In this document: piece by piece, positions 15,499 through 25,433 of the stretch | Layout of the letters: each line of letters starts with the position of its first letter | Position numbering within the stretch: position 1 is the stretch's first letter | NCBI GenBank assembly: GCA_040235515.1 | Contig: JBECKX010000149.1 | Coordinates: 1-27,639, forward strand | Source: Candidatus Zixiibacteriota bacterium | Lineage (GTDB): Bacteria; Zixibacteria; MSB-5A5; CAIYYT01 | Length of the DNA stretch: 27,639 bases | Reading direction: 5' to 3' | Notes under the pieces: model-generated | What the model was told of the DNA's origin: nothing | Database searches by the model: none | The model's input: only the letters and a program-made list of their open reading frames with translations | Program-made: the position numbers and the translations under genes

Positions 15499-16254
15499 CT
15501 ATCCCACCAACACCGCACCACCATTGACATTTAATATCTCACCGGTGATGAAGGTGGAAAGGTCGGAAGCCAAGAACAAAATCGGACCGGCAAGTTCCTC
15601 CGCCGTGCCCGCGCGACCGAGCGGAATCAAGCTCAGGATCTTCTCCTTGTCGGCGGCGACTAACGCATCATGGCTCATATCGGTGTCGACCCACCCCGGT
15701 GCGACACAATTGCAGAAGATATTGTATGGCGCCAGCTCCGGAGCCAGTGACTTGGTCAGACTGATGATCGCACCCTTCGAAGCCGCGTAATGCGAATGAA
15801 ACGCCTCACCGCGTTGTCCCGCCGTGGAGGCCAGATGAATAATCTTTCCACTCTTCTGCTGCTTCATCTGCTTCACGACTTCACCCGTGACATAGAATAC
15901 GCCCTTGACGTTGACCGCAAGCATCTCCTCGAGTTGCGCCTCCGTCATCGCGTCAATCGCAGCTTCCTTCCATATCCCCGCGTTGTTTACGAGTATATCG
16001 ATTCGTCCGAAGTCGCTGACTGTCTTCTGCACCAGCGCCGCCGCCTCCGCACGATTGGCGACATTCGCCTTGTAGGGCAGGGCGCGGACTCCCTGCGCCT
16101 CGCACGCCGACACCACCTCCGCCGCCGCAAGCTCATTGGAAGCATAGTTGATAACCACATCCGCTCCCGCTTTGGCGAACATAATCGCAGTGGCACGACC
16201 GATGCCGCGTGATGCACCGGTGATAAGCGCTGTCTTACCTGTAAGTGTAATCAT
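15499..16254 (-). CDS. fabG: Short-chain dehydrogenase/reductase, 3-oxoacyl-ACP reductase-like
   Basis: TGASRGIG, NNAGI, YAASK catalytic motif, PGWVDTDM and ITGEILNVNGG. The exact substrate is uncertain. Confidence 0.85.
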   Translation of the reverse strand: MITLTGKTALITGASRGIGRATAIMFAKAGADVVINYASNELAAAEVVSACEAQGVRALPYKANVANRAEAAALVQKTVSDFGRIDILVNNAGIWKEAAIDAMTEAQLEEMLAVNVKGVFYVTGEVVKQMKQQKSGKIIHLASTAGQRGEAFHSHYAASKGAIISLTKSLAPELAPYNIFCNCVAPGWVDTDMSHDALVAADKEKILSLIPLGRAGTAEELAGPILFLASDLSTFITGEILNVNGGAVLVG

Positions 16255-16281
16255 AGAAACTCCGTCGTTATCCCAATGCTG

Positions 16282-17730
16282 CTATTCAATCTTAGTTACC
16301 TGGCCGCAACTGCTGCACTTTATCCTGTCTGCCGAAAACCCGGGCGACAACTGTAGCGTGTGCCCGCAGCGACACCTGAACGATTCCCAACCATGGCTCA
16401 TGCGCTTGTACCTCTGCATCTCACCCGTTGCACCGGCTGCAGTCTGCTTCTGACCCTTCTCGATCGCTTCCAGCGCTCCCGACACCATCGCCAGTTCAGC
16501 CACCGGCACCTGGTTCTCACGATTGCAGCGCGGACACTTAACATGATCCCGTTTGAAATCAGGCGGGATTTTCATCTTCAGCCCGCAGGCGCAGGTGAGG
16601 AACAGGAAACCGTTAGCCGCACGCATGATATCGCCCAGCTCTCGCTTGCCCCCGGCCGGCTTCGATGCAGCAGCGGTCAAATCCGCCAGCGGACCGCGCA
16701 ACGCAACATTTTCCTTCTCAGCCAACGCCGATGGGGGAATCAACGACTGCCGTTTACCGCGCACCCTCTCGTAGGCACTCTGGTAGTTCAGATAACCGGC
16801 CCCGCCCGCAATCGCGCGCAATATCTTGATTCGCTCATCGATCGGAGGATGCGTCGCGCTGAGATTGCTCAGCCTGGCGCCCGCTGCCTTCAGCGGGTTG
16901 ACGATAAACATCGGCGCCGAGGCCTTATTCACACGGGGGAAATCTGCGGTCGACTGCGATAGCTTCTCCAGCGCGGATGCCAGCCCTTCCGGGTAGCGTG
17001 TGAGCCGCACCGAGGTTGCATCCGCCAGGTATTCACGCCGCCGCGAAATCGCGTAGTAGAGGATCTGCGCCAGGATCGGCGCGAGAATCGCAAATACGAT
17101 CGCCACCACCATCGCAATCGCCTGACCCTGACCGCCACCATCCCGCGAACTGCGTGAACGATAGCGCGCCGAGCGACCACCGCTGAACCAGAGGCTGCGC
17201 AGGAAACCTTGCGAAATGATGATCACCGCACCCAGCATCACACCGGCAAACGTGATAAAGAGAATGTCGCGGTTTAAGATGTGACCCACCTCGTGCGCCA
17301 CCACACCCTGTAGCTCGTCACGGTTCAGCTTGGCCAACAATCCCGCGGTCACCGCAACCGCCGCCGTTTCCGGGGAACGACCCGTGGCGAAAGCGTTCAT
17401 CGCGTCGGTCTCGATGATGTAGACCTTCGGCATCTTCGGCAGGGAGGCCGCAATCTTCATCTCTTCAACAACATTGTACAATTGCGGGTGGATATCAGGG
17501 CTGACCTCCCGTGCGCCCGTGATCTTGAGCATCACGCTGTCGCCCGAGAAGTATGCCACCGCCGCCAGGATTATCCACAGAATCAGCGCCAGCCCGACAC
17601 CGACAGCGCCGCCACCCTCAGGGCCGGCATACGCCGCACCCACGATGTAACCCAGCGCCAGCAGGACGATGCCCATACTGACGAACAGGATGACCGATTT
17701 TCGTTTGTTCGATTGGATCAGTTCCCACAT
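16282..17730 (-). CDS. htpX: HtpX-like M48 zinc metalloprotease with C-terminal zinc-ribbon extension
   Basis: Motifs NAFATG, HEVGH, SRRREYLAD and THPP, with four TM segments. C-terminal CACG...CPRC and CRCG...CSSC. Confidence 0.93.
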   Translation of the reverse strand: MWELIQSNKRKSVILFVSMGIVLLALGYIVGAAYAGPEGGGAVGVGLALILWIILAAVAYFSGDSVMLKITGAREVSPDIHPQLYNVVEEMKIAASLPKMPKVYIIETDAMNAFATGRSPETAAVAVTAGLLAKLNRDELQGVVAHEVGHILNRDILFITFAGVMLGAVIIISQGFLRSLWFSGGRSARYRSRSSRDGGGQGQAIAMVVAIVFAILAPILAQILYYAISRRREYLADATSVRLTRYPEGLASALEKLSQSTADFPRVNKASAPMFIVNPLKAAGARLSNLSATHPPIDERIKILRAIAGGAGYLNYQSAYERVRGKRQSLIPPSALAEKENVALRGPLADLTAAASKPAGGKRELGDIMRAANGFLFLTCACGLKMKIPPDFKRDHVKCPRCNRENQVPVAELAMVSGALEAIEKGQKQTAAGATGEMQRYKRMSHGWESFRCRCGHTLQLSPGFSADRIKCSSCGQVTKIE

Positions 17731-17772
17731 GGTTCGGTGCTGCAGGGTAGGTACGAGCGTGGCTCGAACAAC

Positions 17773-18330
17773 CTACGAGAAATCCACCTTGGGAGCTTCA
17801 CGTTCACCTTCATCCTCGATCTCGAAGAATTCACTCTTCTGGAAACCGAACATGTTGGCGACCATTACTGCGGGAAAGCTCTCGACCTTCGTGTTATAGC
17901 CCAGCACCTGGTCATTGTAGGCCTGGCGGCTGAAAGCGATCTTGTTCTCGGTCGAGGTCAACTCCTCCTGCAACGACAGGAAATTCTGGTTCGCCTTCAG
18001 ATCGGGGTAGTTCTCGACCACCAGCAGGAACTTGTTCAGCGCACCACTCAGTTCGCCCTCCGCCTTCGAACGTTCCGCCATCGAGTCGGCTCCGATCGCC
18101 TTGCTGCGCGCCTGCGTAATGTTCTCCAGCGTCTCGCGCTCATGCTTCATGTAGCCTTTCGCCGTCTCCACCAGGTTGGGGATCAGGTCGTGTCGCCGTT
18201 TGAGTTGAACATCAATCTGCGACCAGGCATTGCGTACCTGGTTGCGCAACCGCACGAGGCCGTTGTAGAGACCCACCAGCCACACGATCACGATAAAAAG
18301 TATAACCAGCAGAACAATTGTACCTATCAT
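17773..18330 (-). CDS. lemA: LemA family protein
   Basis: N-terminal TM, AWSQIDVQLKRRHDLIPNLV, ENYPDLKANQNF and TENKIAFSRQAYN. Confidence 0.97.
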   Translation of the reverse strand: MIGTIVLLVILFIVIVWLVGLYNGLVRLRNQVRNAWSQIDVQLKRRHDLIPNLVETAKGYMKHERETLENITQARSKAIGADSMAERSKAEGELSGALNKFLLVVENYPDLKANQNFLSLQEELTSTENKIAFSRQAYNDQVLGYNTKVESFPAVMVANMFGFQKSEFFEIEDEGEREAPKVDFS

Positions 18331-18390
18331 CTTACCTGCCTTTCAGCACAACTATATGTTTGGAATCTGTTTTGGCCATGCACCCTGAAT

Positions 18391-18777
18391 CTATCTCTCC
18401 TGCTCGAACATCCCCGTGAGCAGTGTTGTTACCTTCTCCGCTCCCTCGATCGAAATCGACCTGGCAACCTGAAGCAGTTCCCCCTTGTCGAACCAGAGGC
18501 CATGACCGCGCTCACAGCGGTCCAGCTCGATCGCACCCTCCGGCAACTTCACTATCTGCATCCGCCGGGAACAGATGGGGCACTTGCGCGTCCCCTGCGC
18601 CGTGCCGGCCTCACCCGCCACCGGTATCAACTGGTCCTCGCGAAACCGGTCTTCGCCCAGCGCAAGTTCCAATTCGCCGGAATCAAGCCAGATCCCGCCA
18701 CAGTTGTCGCAGTAGTCTATCTCAAGTTCTTCCAATTCAAGCGCGAGCATCGACTCGCCACAATTAGCACAGATCAT
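18391..18777 (-). CDS. Tandem zf-TFIIB-type zinc-ribbon protein
   Basis: Two repeats: CANC...IDYCDNCGGIWLDSGEL and CPIC...LDRCERGHGLWFDKGEL. AGGAG RBS. Confidence 0.9.
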   Translation of the reverse strand: MICANCGESMLALELEELEIDYCDNCGGIWLDSGELELALGEDRFREDQLIPVAGEAGTAQGTRKCPICSRRMQIVKLPEGAIELDRCERGHGLWFDKGELLQVARSISIEGAEKVTTLLTGMFEQER

Positions 18778-19005
18778 ACCACTCCTGCCTGCTCACAGAG
18801 ATTGTACTGCAAAAGAAGTAATATTGTTACATCTCTGTAAAGCCATCTTTTGCAATCTATCTCTACCAAATCGATATTTGTTGCTATCTTGTCCTGCAAT
18901 TGCTAAGCTAACGACAAACCGGTCGGGCGTCGCAACGGCTCGGTTGTTGCCCGTTCCCGATTCGATCTTGTCCGGAATCAACCTGTGGAGAGAGACACCC
19001 CGACG

Positions 19006-20181
19006 ATGTTTCGCGCATTTTCAATAGCACTGATCTTGACCATCCTTCTTCCCGGACTGGCAAGCGCTCAGTTCGATGAGAAACCCGTGAAAGTCTTTGG
19101 CTACTTTCAGGTGAGCTTCCAGCAGTACGACAGCTCCCAGTTCTTCTCGAACTCGAACTCCTTCGCACTCCAGCAACTCGATATCTGCCTGCAACGTGAC
19201 CTCGACCCTAACCTCAGGGCATTTGTCAACCTGGAGTTCATCAACAACTACTCGTCGAGCCACCACTGGGGTGGGTTTGAAGTCTCCGAGGCATGGCTGA
19301 GCTATCGCTACAGTCGCGCCATCAACCTCAAGGCGGGGCTGCTGCTGCCGCGCTTCAATTTCATGAACGACATCAAGAACAAGACCGCGCTGCTCCCATA
19401 CATGATTCGTCCCATCGCGTACGAGTCATCCTTCAATGAAATCATTCGACTGGAAGAGTACGTGCCGCAACGCGCCTACATCGAACTCTACGGGAATCAA
19501 CGCGTCGGCAGCGGAACGGTGAACTACAGCGCCTACGTCGGCAACAGCCCGAATATCAATGCTGACCCCTTCTACGGACAGACCGGCATCGATACGACCG
19601 ACACCTTCCTGATTGGCGGCAGACTCGGATTCGACTTCGAGTTGATTTCCGGCGGCTTCTCCACCACCTATGACCGTACCAACAGGGTGGCAGAGGCGGT
19701 CCAGGTGTTCGACATCAAACCGCAACCGTTACGCGAAATCCCCCGGATGCGACTGGGGGCGGATCTGCGCGTCCAGGCAGGCCCCTTCGCGCTCGAATCT
19801 GAGTGGATCGACGTCAATTACGATGAAGACTACGACTACGAAAACCTCGAATTCGACTTCGACCTGCAGTTCTATTACTACACACTCTTCATCGAACCGA
19901 CCTACGGCCTGAAACTCTACAATGGTTATTGGTACAGCAAAGAGAAGGCGATTGATATTGCCGGCCCCGATGCCCAGTTTGCCACGCCGATTCTCGGTGA
20001 CTTCGCGCTCGAACTGCGGATCCCGACAGCAGGGCTGGCTTACTCGATCCGTGATAAGGTGACCCTCAAAGCTCAATACGCCCGCGTCAGAGAAAAAGTC
20101 GAGTTGGTCACCGACAGCGGTACCCTGAAGCTCGATGACGAATTCAATTACATCGCCCTTGGCTTCTCGGCGTTCTTGTAG
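19006..20181 (+). CDS. Putative outer-membrane beta-barrel (porin-like) protein
   Basis: Signal peptide ending ASA-Q, then VFGYFQV and EAWLSY...INLKAG. Alternating aromatic beta-strands and terminal YIALGFSAFL. Confidence 0.75.
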   Translation: MFRAFSIALILTILLPGLASAQFDEKPVKVFGYFQVSFQQYDSSQFFSNSNSFALQQLDICLQRDLDPNLRAFVNLEFINNYSSSHHWGGFEVSEAWLSYRYSRAINLKAGLLLPRFNFMNDIKNKTALLPYMIRPIAYESSFNEIIRLEEYVPQRAYIELYGNQRVGSGTVNYSAYVGNSPNINADPFYGQTGIDTTDTFLIGGRLGFDFELISGGFSTTYDRTNRVAEAVQVFDIKPQPLREIPRMRLGADLRVQAGPFALESEWIDVNYDEDYDYENLEFDFDLQFYYYTLFIEPTYGLKLYNGYWYSKEKAIDIAGPDAQFATPILGDFALELRIPTAGLAYSIRDKVTLKAQYARVREKVELVTDSGTLKLDDEFNYIALGFSAFL

Positions 20182-20190
20182 GAAGAGATA

Positions 20191-20637
20191 ATGTCAAAGC
20201 TCGCAACCCTCATATCCTACGCTTTGATCCTGCTTCTCCTGACGAGTAGCGGGCTCTTCTCCGCGACTACCGTGCTGGTCATCGCCCACAGCAAAGTCCC
20301 TGTGGATACTATTACCAAAGTCGACCTGCGCGATATCTATCTCGGGGATATCCGCCAGTGGAAGGACGGTACCGAAATCGTCGTCGTCGATACCAAGCCG
20401 CGCAACAAAACCAAAGAGTGCTTCTATTCTTATATTGGAAAAAGCCCCTCCCGCATGAAGTCAATCTGGATCAAGAAACTTCTCTCCGGTGAGGGAAACC
20501 CGCCCGAAGTCGTCGAGTCTGACACCGATGCCGTTCATAAAGTCGCCTCCACTCCCGGTGCAATCGGCTTTGTTACGAAAGGAACGCCGTTAGACAGTGT
20601 TCGGGTGATCGCTGAAATTGTCGATGATGGCGACTGA
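20191..20637 (+). CDS. Small periplasmic protein of the phosphate-ABC substrate-binding-like family
   Basis: Signal peptide, VIAH...LRDIYLGDIRQWKDG and VASTPGAIGFV. Confidence 0.8.
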   Translation: MSKLATLISYALILLLLTSSGLFSATTVLVIAHSKVPVDTITKVDLRDIYLGDIRQWKDGTEIVVVDTKPRNKTKECFYSYIGKSPSRMKSIWIKKLLSGEGNPPEVVESDTDAVHKVASTPGAIGFVTKGTPLDSVRVIAEIVDDGD

Positions 20638-20720
20638 CGCGAAATGTCTGCCGTCTCCCCGGCAGTCCTCCGCAGTCAGCATGACCCAGGCTGGTGGCGT
20701 CCGACTGAACTGACTCCGCA

Positions 20721-22385
20721 ATGAGTATTCGTGATCTAAAACTCGGTACCAAACAGGCCGTTGCCTTCGGGCTCGTCCTCTTTCTCATGGGCGCAGCCGG
20801 CATCGTCACGATGGTATCGATGCAGTCAATCAAGGTCAACATCGAACACACCTCCCAGCTCTGGCTCCCACGCGCAATCACGATTTCCGAGTTAAGCCTC
20901 TTTACCACCGATCTGCGCCGTCAGCAGATTCAGTTGACCGTCACCGAGAGCGCCGATATGCAGGAGGAGCTGAAGCGCCAGATTGTCGCCACCCTCGATA
21001 AGATCAACGCCGCCCGCGACCGCTACGAAGAACTCCGCGAACTGGCTGTCGCCGAAGGACTCTACTCAGACCAGGAACGTGCCCTCTACGATAACTTCGA
21101 TCGCCAGTGGGAGGGCTATCAGGATCTCACCCTCGACTGGATCGTCCTGCTGCGCGACGAAGGTCAGCAGGCGGCATCGCAAATCCTGACCGAGGATGCC
21201 CGCAGGCGCTCCCAGGACTTCAGACAAAATCTCTCCGAACTGGTCAGTATCAGCTCGGTCGAATCACAAAAGGCGGCGATGGAGGCCGACAGGGCCTACT
21301 CGCGCACGCATGGATTGACCCGTATACTGATGATCATCGCTATCGGCGTATCGGTGCTGTTCATCATTGGCCTGATCAGGCTCGTCACATTTCCGGTCAA
21401 ACGCCTCGCCGACGCCGCTTGCCGTGTCGCCGGCGGTGACCTTGATGTGCAGATCGAAGCGCGTAGCAGGGATGAAGTCGGGACCCTCGCCGACTCCTTC
21501 AATCAGATGACCCACTCGCTACGGGAGGCCCGCGCCAAGACGGAAGCACAGGAAGCAGCCCTGCGCAAACAGAACGCTGAATTGGAAGCTACCCTAAGAC
21601 AGCTCCAGGAAGCCCAGCAGCAGCTCGTCATGAAAGAGAAGATGGCGTCGCTCGGCAATCTCGTGGCCGGTGTCGCGCATGAAATCAATAACCCGGTCGG
21701 TGCCGTCAACAGCTCCTCTGACAACGCCCGCCGCGCAATGGAGAAACTGGATCGGCAATTGCAACAATGCGCTGCCGATGGCTGCTCGGTCAATTCCCGT
21801 GTTTCCAATGTCATGGGGGTTCTGGGAGACAGCATCGAAGTCATCTCAATGGCGGGTCAGCGCATCGCTCAGATCGTAAAGAGCCTCAAGAACTTCGCAC
21901 GATTAGATGAAGCAGAATATCAAAAAGCCGACCTCCACCTCGGACTCGAGAGCACGCTCACATTACTTCATCATGAATTGAAAAATCGCATCACCATCGT
22001 CAAAGAATTTGGCCAGCTGCCCCTGGTGAATTGTTATCCCAATCAAATCAACCAGGTGTTTATGAACCTCCTGATCAATGCCGCTCAGGCAATCCACGGC
22101 GAAGGGACGATCACCATCTCCACCCGCACCGTTGGAGAGGATGTTGAGATTGCCATCTCTGACTCAGGCAAAGGAATCCCGCCCGAAAATCTCCCGCGCA
22201 TCTTCGATCCCGGCTTCACCACCAAGGGGGTCGGTGTTGGCACCGGGCTGGGGCTCTCGATCTCCTACAACATCGTCCGAAAACATGAGGGCAATATCTG
22301 GGTGAAGAGCGAGCCCGGCAAGGGCGCCACCTTCACCATCCGCCTCCCGATCGACCCCGGCGATGAAACATTGTTGAAGAGCTAG
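20721..22385 (+). CDS. Membrane sensor histidine kinase (four-helix-bundle sensor, HAMP, HisKA, HATPase)
   Basis: Two TM segments. HAMP DEVGTLADSFNQM. H-box VAHEINNP, N-box NLLINAAQA, and G-boxes DSGKG, FTTK and GTGLGL. Confidence 0.95.
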   Translation: MSIRDLKLGTKQAVAFGLVLFLMGAAGIVTMVSMQSIKVNIEHTSQLWLPRAITISELSLFTTDLRRQQIQLTVTESADMQEELKRQIVATLDKINAARDRYEELRELAVAEGLYSDQERALYDNFDRQWEGYQDLTLDWIVLLRDEGQQAASQILTEDARRRSQDFRQNLSELVSISSVESQKAAMEADRAYSRTHGLTRILMIIAIGVSVLFIIGLIRLVTFPVKRLADAACRVAGGDLDVQIEARSRDEVGTLADSFNQMTHSLREARAKTEAQEAALRKQNAELEATLRQLQEAQQQLVMKEKMASLGNLVAGVAHEINNPVGAVNSSSDNARRAMEKLDRQLQQCAADGCSVNSRVSNVMGVLGDSIEVISMAGQRIAQIVKSLKNFARLDEAEYQKADLHLGLESTLTLLHHELKNRITIVKEFGQLPLVNCYPNQINQVFMNLLINAAQAIHGEGTITISTRTVGEDVEIAISDSGKGIPPENLPRIFDPGFTTKGVGVGTGLGLSISYNIVRKHEGNIWVKSEPGKGATFTIRLPIDPGDETLLKS

Positions 22386-22527
22386 ACCAGTCAGGCACAG
22401 TAGCGTTGGCTCAGATTTTGGAAAATCGCAATTGCGGTATCCCGGTAACTTTCGCAACTTTATCTCAGGAATTCAGTGGAACAGGGTCAGACTCTCAGTC
22501 TGGTTCATAATCACAGGAGAGGGATTT

Positions 22528-23352
22528 ATGGTAAGAAAACTCTTGGTCGCTCTGGTTTTGGCGGCCGCACTCCTCGCAGCCGGCTGCTTCGACTATCAGG
22601 AGTATGTAGTCCTCAAGAAAGATGGCTCCGGCACTCTTGATATGCGCATCGGAATGCAATCGGCTATGCTCGATGGCCTGCTCGGAATGGCGCAGGCATT
22701 CGGCAATCAGGATGAACCCGCCGAAGAAGACGAAGCCTTCATCTCGAAAGCAGGTATCGAAAAATACCTCGCTGAGAACGATGCCGGTGTCAAGATGCTG
22801 AGCTACGAAGAAGCTGACGAAGGTGAACTGCATGTCTGGAAGATCAAATACTCTTTCAATGACCTGAGCAGCATTCACCATATCACCGAATCGCTCAACG
22901 ACGACTTTGATGCGATGGAGGATATGGCCGGCAACGGTGAGCCGGAGGAAGAAGATGCCGACATGCAGCCGGAGCTGAGCTTCACTCAGCAGGAGGATGG
23001 CACCTGGCTCTTCGAGCGCGGCATGGAAACCGATGGACAAATGCCCGGTATGGGAATGGGTGACGAGGAATCATGGGAGGATGATGCCGAAGCCGCCGAG
23101 TCAGAGGACAACGAGCCAGCCCAAGCGGCTGACGAAGAAGCGGAGGGGGGCGATGGCGCCGACGAAATGACCCAGGCAGTCGACCAGATGACCGCTGCAA
23201 TGGGTAAGTATGGCATCAAGCTCACCGTTGAATTTCCGGGTGAAGTGATCGAATCGAATGCCACTACGGTAGACGGCAACAAAGCAACCTGGGCGTTCAA
23301 ACTTAACGAGATGGGCAAGTTCCCATCTAAACTGCGCGCCGTAATTAAATAA
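22528..23352 (+). CDS. LppM/DUF3153-like lipoprotein with an acidic insertion
   Basis: GGAG/GAGG RBS before ATG 22528. Lipobox LAAGC, KKDGSG and C-terminal FPGEVIESNATTVDGNKATW. Confidence 0.75.
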   Translation: MVRKLLVALVLAAALLAAGCFDYQEYVVLKKDGSGTLDMRIGMQSAMLDGLLGMAQAFGNQDEPAEEDEAFISKAGIEKYLAENDAGVKMLSYEEADEGELHVWKIKYSFNDLSSIHHITESLNDDFDAMEDMAGNGEPEEEDADMQPELSFTQQEDGTWLFERGMETDGQMPGMGMGDEESWEDDAEAAESEDNEPAQAADEEAEGGDGADEMTQAVDQMTAAMGKYGIKLTVEFPGEVIESNATTVDGNKATWAFKLNEMGKFPSKLRAVIK

Positions 23353-23408
23353 CCGTTAAGCGCTTATGCGTGAACGTTAGACCGATTCTTTAGAGAAAAT
23401 CACACCCG

Positions 23409-23446
23409 AAGAATAGTGCCGTCAGCCGACGGCACTATTCTTTTTT
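23409..23446 (+). terminator. Rho-independent terminator
   Basis: Perfect 15-bp stem AAGAATAGTGCCGTC / GACGGCACTATTCTT with a 4-nt loop, running into a T tract. Confidence 0.9.
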
Positions 23447-23485
23447 GACCGCTCCGCCCGCCCACCGACACCCGCCGCCGGTCGC

Positions 23486-23524
23486 TCAGCCGATGACTTC
23501 AGCCGATCACTTCAGCCGACCACT
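23486..23524. repeat. 13-bp tandem repeat, three copies
   Basis: TCAGCCGATGACT TCAGCCGATCACT TCAGCCGACCACT. Confidence 0.75.
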
Positions 23525-23965
23525 CCAGCGCCGCCTGCCCGGAGTTGCAAGCTGTTTCTTAAAGCTACACCTCGTACAAGGCGCGGTCAGTTTTCCCCGC
23601 CGCATTCCGGTTTGAACAGGTCTCACTATAGGATTCTCCCCATACCGCTAACTTAAACCGCTGCAACGCAACCCGCTCTTTTCACGCGAAAACCTCCCCG
23701 GGCTCTAAAGATTCAAACGTTTCAAGGCGATAACATGAAGAGAGTGTGCTGGCGTGAAAGCGAGTGGGGAAATCTGCTTCTTTGCATTCCCCCGAGTTTC
23801 CGCCACGGATTTTTTGAGAAAGATAAATCTAAACTTAACAGCCGATTAACTGGAGCATCGAGCCGGAAATCTTTCCGGTCCAACTTTGCATCCACCAACT
23901 CAGTTCGGCGGAAGGTCGCGTATGAGACCGGCCAATATGGAACGGTTTCATGACCGGAGGATATC

Positions 23966-24928
23966 ATGACTGAATCGCAGAAGAACCAGGCTCATTCCGT
24001 ACCGGTTTACAAGAGAGGCAGCAAGCTGGTCTCTGTAATGGCTACGGCGGTAGTCCTTGTAATTTCGGCTTTCGTAATCTGGCAGATGCATTCGAATGCC
24101 ACCAACAAGATCGACCGAATGCTCCAGCAGGACGCCGCTCAGGGTCAGACCATCGAGCAGGCAAAGCAGCAGGCGTTGGCCGAAGTCTCCAAAACCGACC
24201 CGGTCGGATTCGACCTCGCCAACTACATGCAGGCCAACTACGACAAGATCGTGATCGTGATCTACTTCGTGCTCGCCGCGCTCGCGTTGGCCGCCGTCGC
24301 ACGCTTCATCATGTTCCTGGTCACGACCAGCAAGCGTGAACAATACTATCCCGATAATCAGGCGATCGACTACTTCGTTAGTCATGATGTTCACTCGTGG
24401 GATGAGTTCTATCAACTCGCCCTCGCGCAGGAACACAGCAAATCAAAGTTCTGGCGCATCCTGCGCGACTCCGCGATGGTTTCGAATGCATCCGGCCGTT
24501 ACGACCACATGTATCTGCATTTTCGCAACCGAATCGATCGCATCACCGAGTACCTCAACGAGATGACGCTATACGATTCAATCGCTACAGCATCCCCGGC
24601 AGCGGGATTCTTCGGAACCCTGGTCGGATTGCTCTTCATCTTCAGTCAGGCGCAGGGCTCGATGGCTGGCCTCTCATCCACACCGCAATTCGCGATCGGT
24701 ATGAAGGTCGCTATCATTACCAGTCTCTGGGGCCTCTTCAACATGGGTCTGGCCATTCTCTCCTCATACTTCACCCGCCGCATCGTCGATCAAATCCATC
24801 ACCAGATGGTCGTGCGCGCCGTGGCAGTGTGTGAAGTCGTGGAGTCTCTGAAGATCCTGCACAACCGTCGCTCAGGTGATACCGAACTGACGCCGAGCGA
24901 GGAGGAGCGTCTCCGTGTCAACGCGTAG
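23966..24928 (+). CDS. MotA/TolQ/ExbB proton-channel family protein
   Basis: GGAGG RBS. TM motifs ATASPAAGFFGTLVGL and GMKVAIITSLWGL. Extra N-terminal TM and loop. Confidence 0.88.
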   Translation: MTESQKNQAHSVPVYKRGSKLVSVMATAVVLVISAFVIWQMHSNATNKIDRMLQQDAAQGQTIEQAKQQALAEVSKTDPVGFDLANYMQANYDKIVIVIYFVLAALALAAVARFIMFLVTTSKREQYYPDNQAIDYFVSHDVHSWDEFYQLALAQEHSKSKFWRILRDSAMVSNASGRYDHMYLHFRNRIDRITEYLNEMTLYDSIATASPAAGFFGTLVGLLFIFSQAQGSMAGLSSTPQFAIGMKVAIITSLWGLFNMGLAILSSYFTRRIVDQIHHQMVVRAVAVCEVVESLKILHNRRSGDTELTPSEEERLRVNA

Positions 24929-25403
24929 CAGAAAAAACAGCATGACGCCATACATCATCGGCGCCTCCGATCTGGCGTTCATCCTGCTCTTCTTCTTCAT
25001 CGTGGTAGGGCAGGGCTCGCAGAAACTCGAAAACATTGAGATGCCGCATAAAGAAGCAACGACCGCCAGGCCCGAAACCCAGGCGCCGTTCAGGATTGAA
25101 GTCTACGACCAGAGCGCAACCTCCGACTCAAGTCGGATGGCGGTGATCTTCACACGCGCAGAGCCCAACGAGACCCTGTTCGTGTCGGTCGATAACCGCG
25201 ACCTCGCGGAAGCCGGAGCTTACTCCGCGGTCTTCGACAACGTTTCTGATTTCATCGCTTCCCGGCCGGTCGAAACCGACTCCGTGCGGGTGGATGTCTT
25301 CAGCTCAGCCTATTCGTACTACGGCCTGATCGCACTCGCCGTGGCGGCATGCAATCAGCTCCAGTATCCGTGCAACCTGGTATATCGCACCGAGGCCGGC
25401 TAA
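24915..25403 (+). CDS. ExbD/TolR-like protein (divergent)
   Basis: Single N-terminal TM with the conserved Asp (SDLAFILLFFFIV). Overlaps the ExbB-like gene. Confidence 0.78.
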   Translation: MSTRSRKNSMTPYIIGASDLAFILLFFFIVVGQGSQKLENIEMPHKEATTARPETQAPFRIEVYDQSATSDSSRMAVIFTRAEPNETLFVSVDNRDLAEAGAYSAVFDNVSDFIASRPVETDSVRVDVFSSAYSYYGLIALAVAACNQLQYPCNLVYRTEAG

Positions 25404-25433
25404 CGCCGCTCGGAAACCCTGATCGAGGCAGCA

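Noticed and set aside
17482..18840. 452-aa plus-strand ORF
   Set aside because: Antisense to htpX, lemA and the zinc-ribbon gene.
23447..23965. Cobalamin or other known riboswitch upstream of the exbB-like gene
   Set aside because: No B12-box or other recognisable riboswitch consensus was found by eye.
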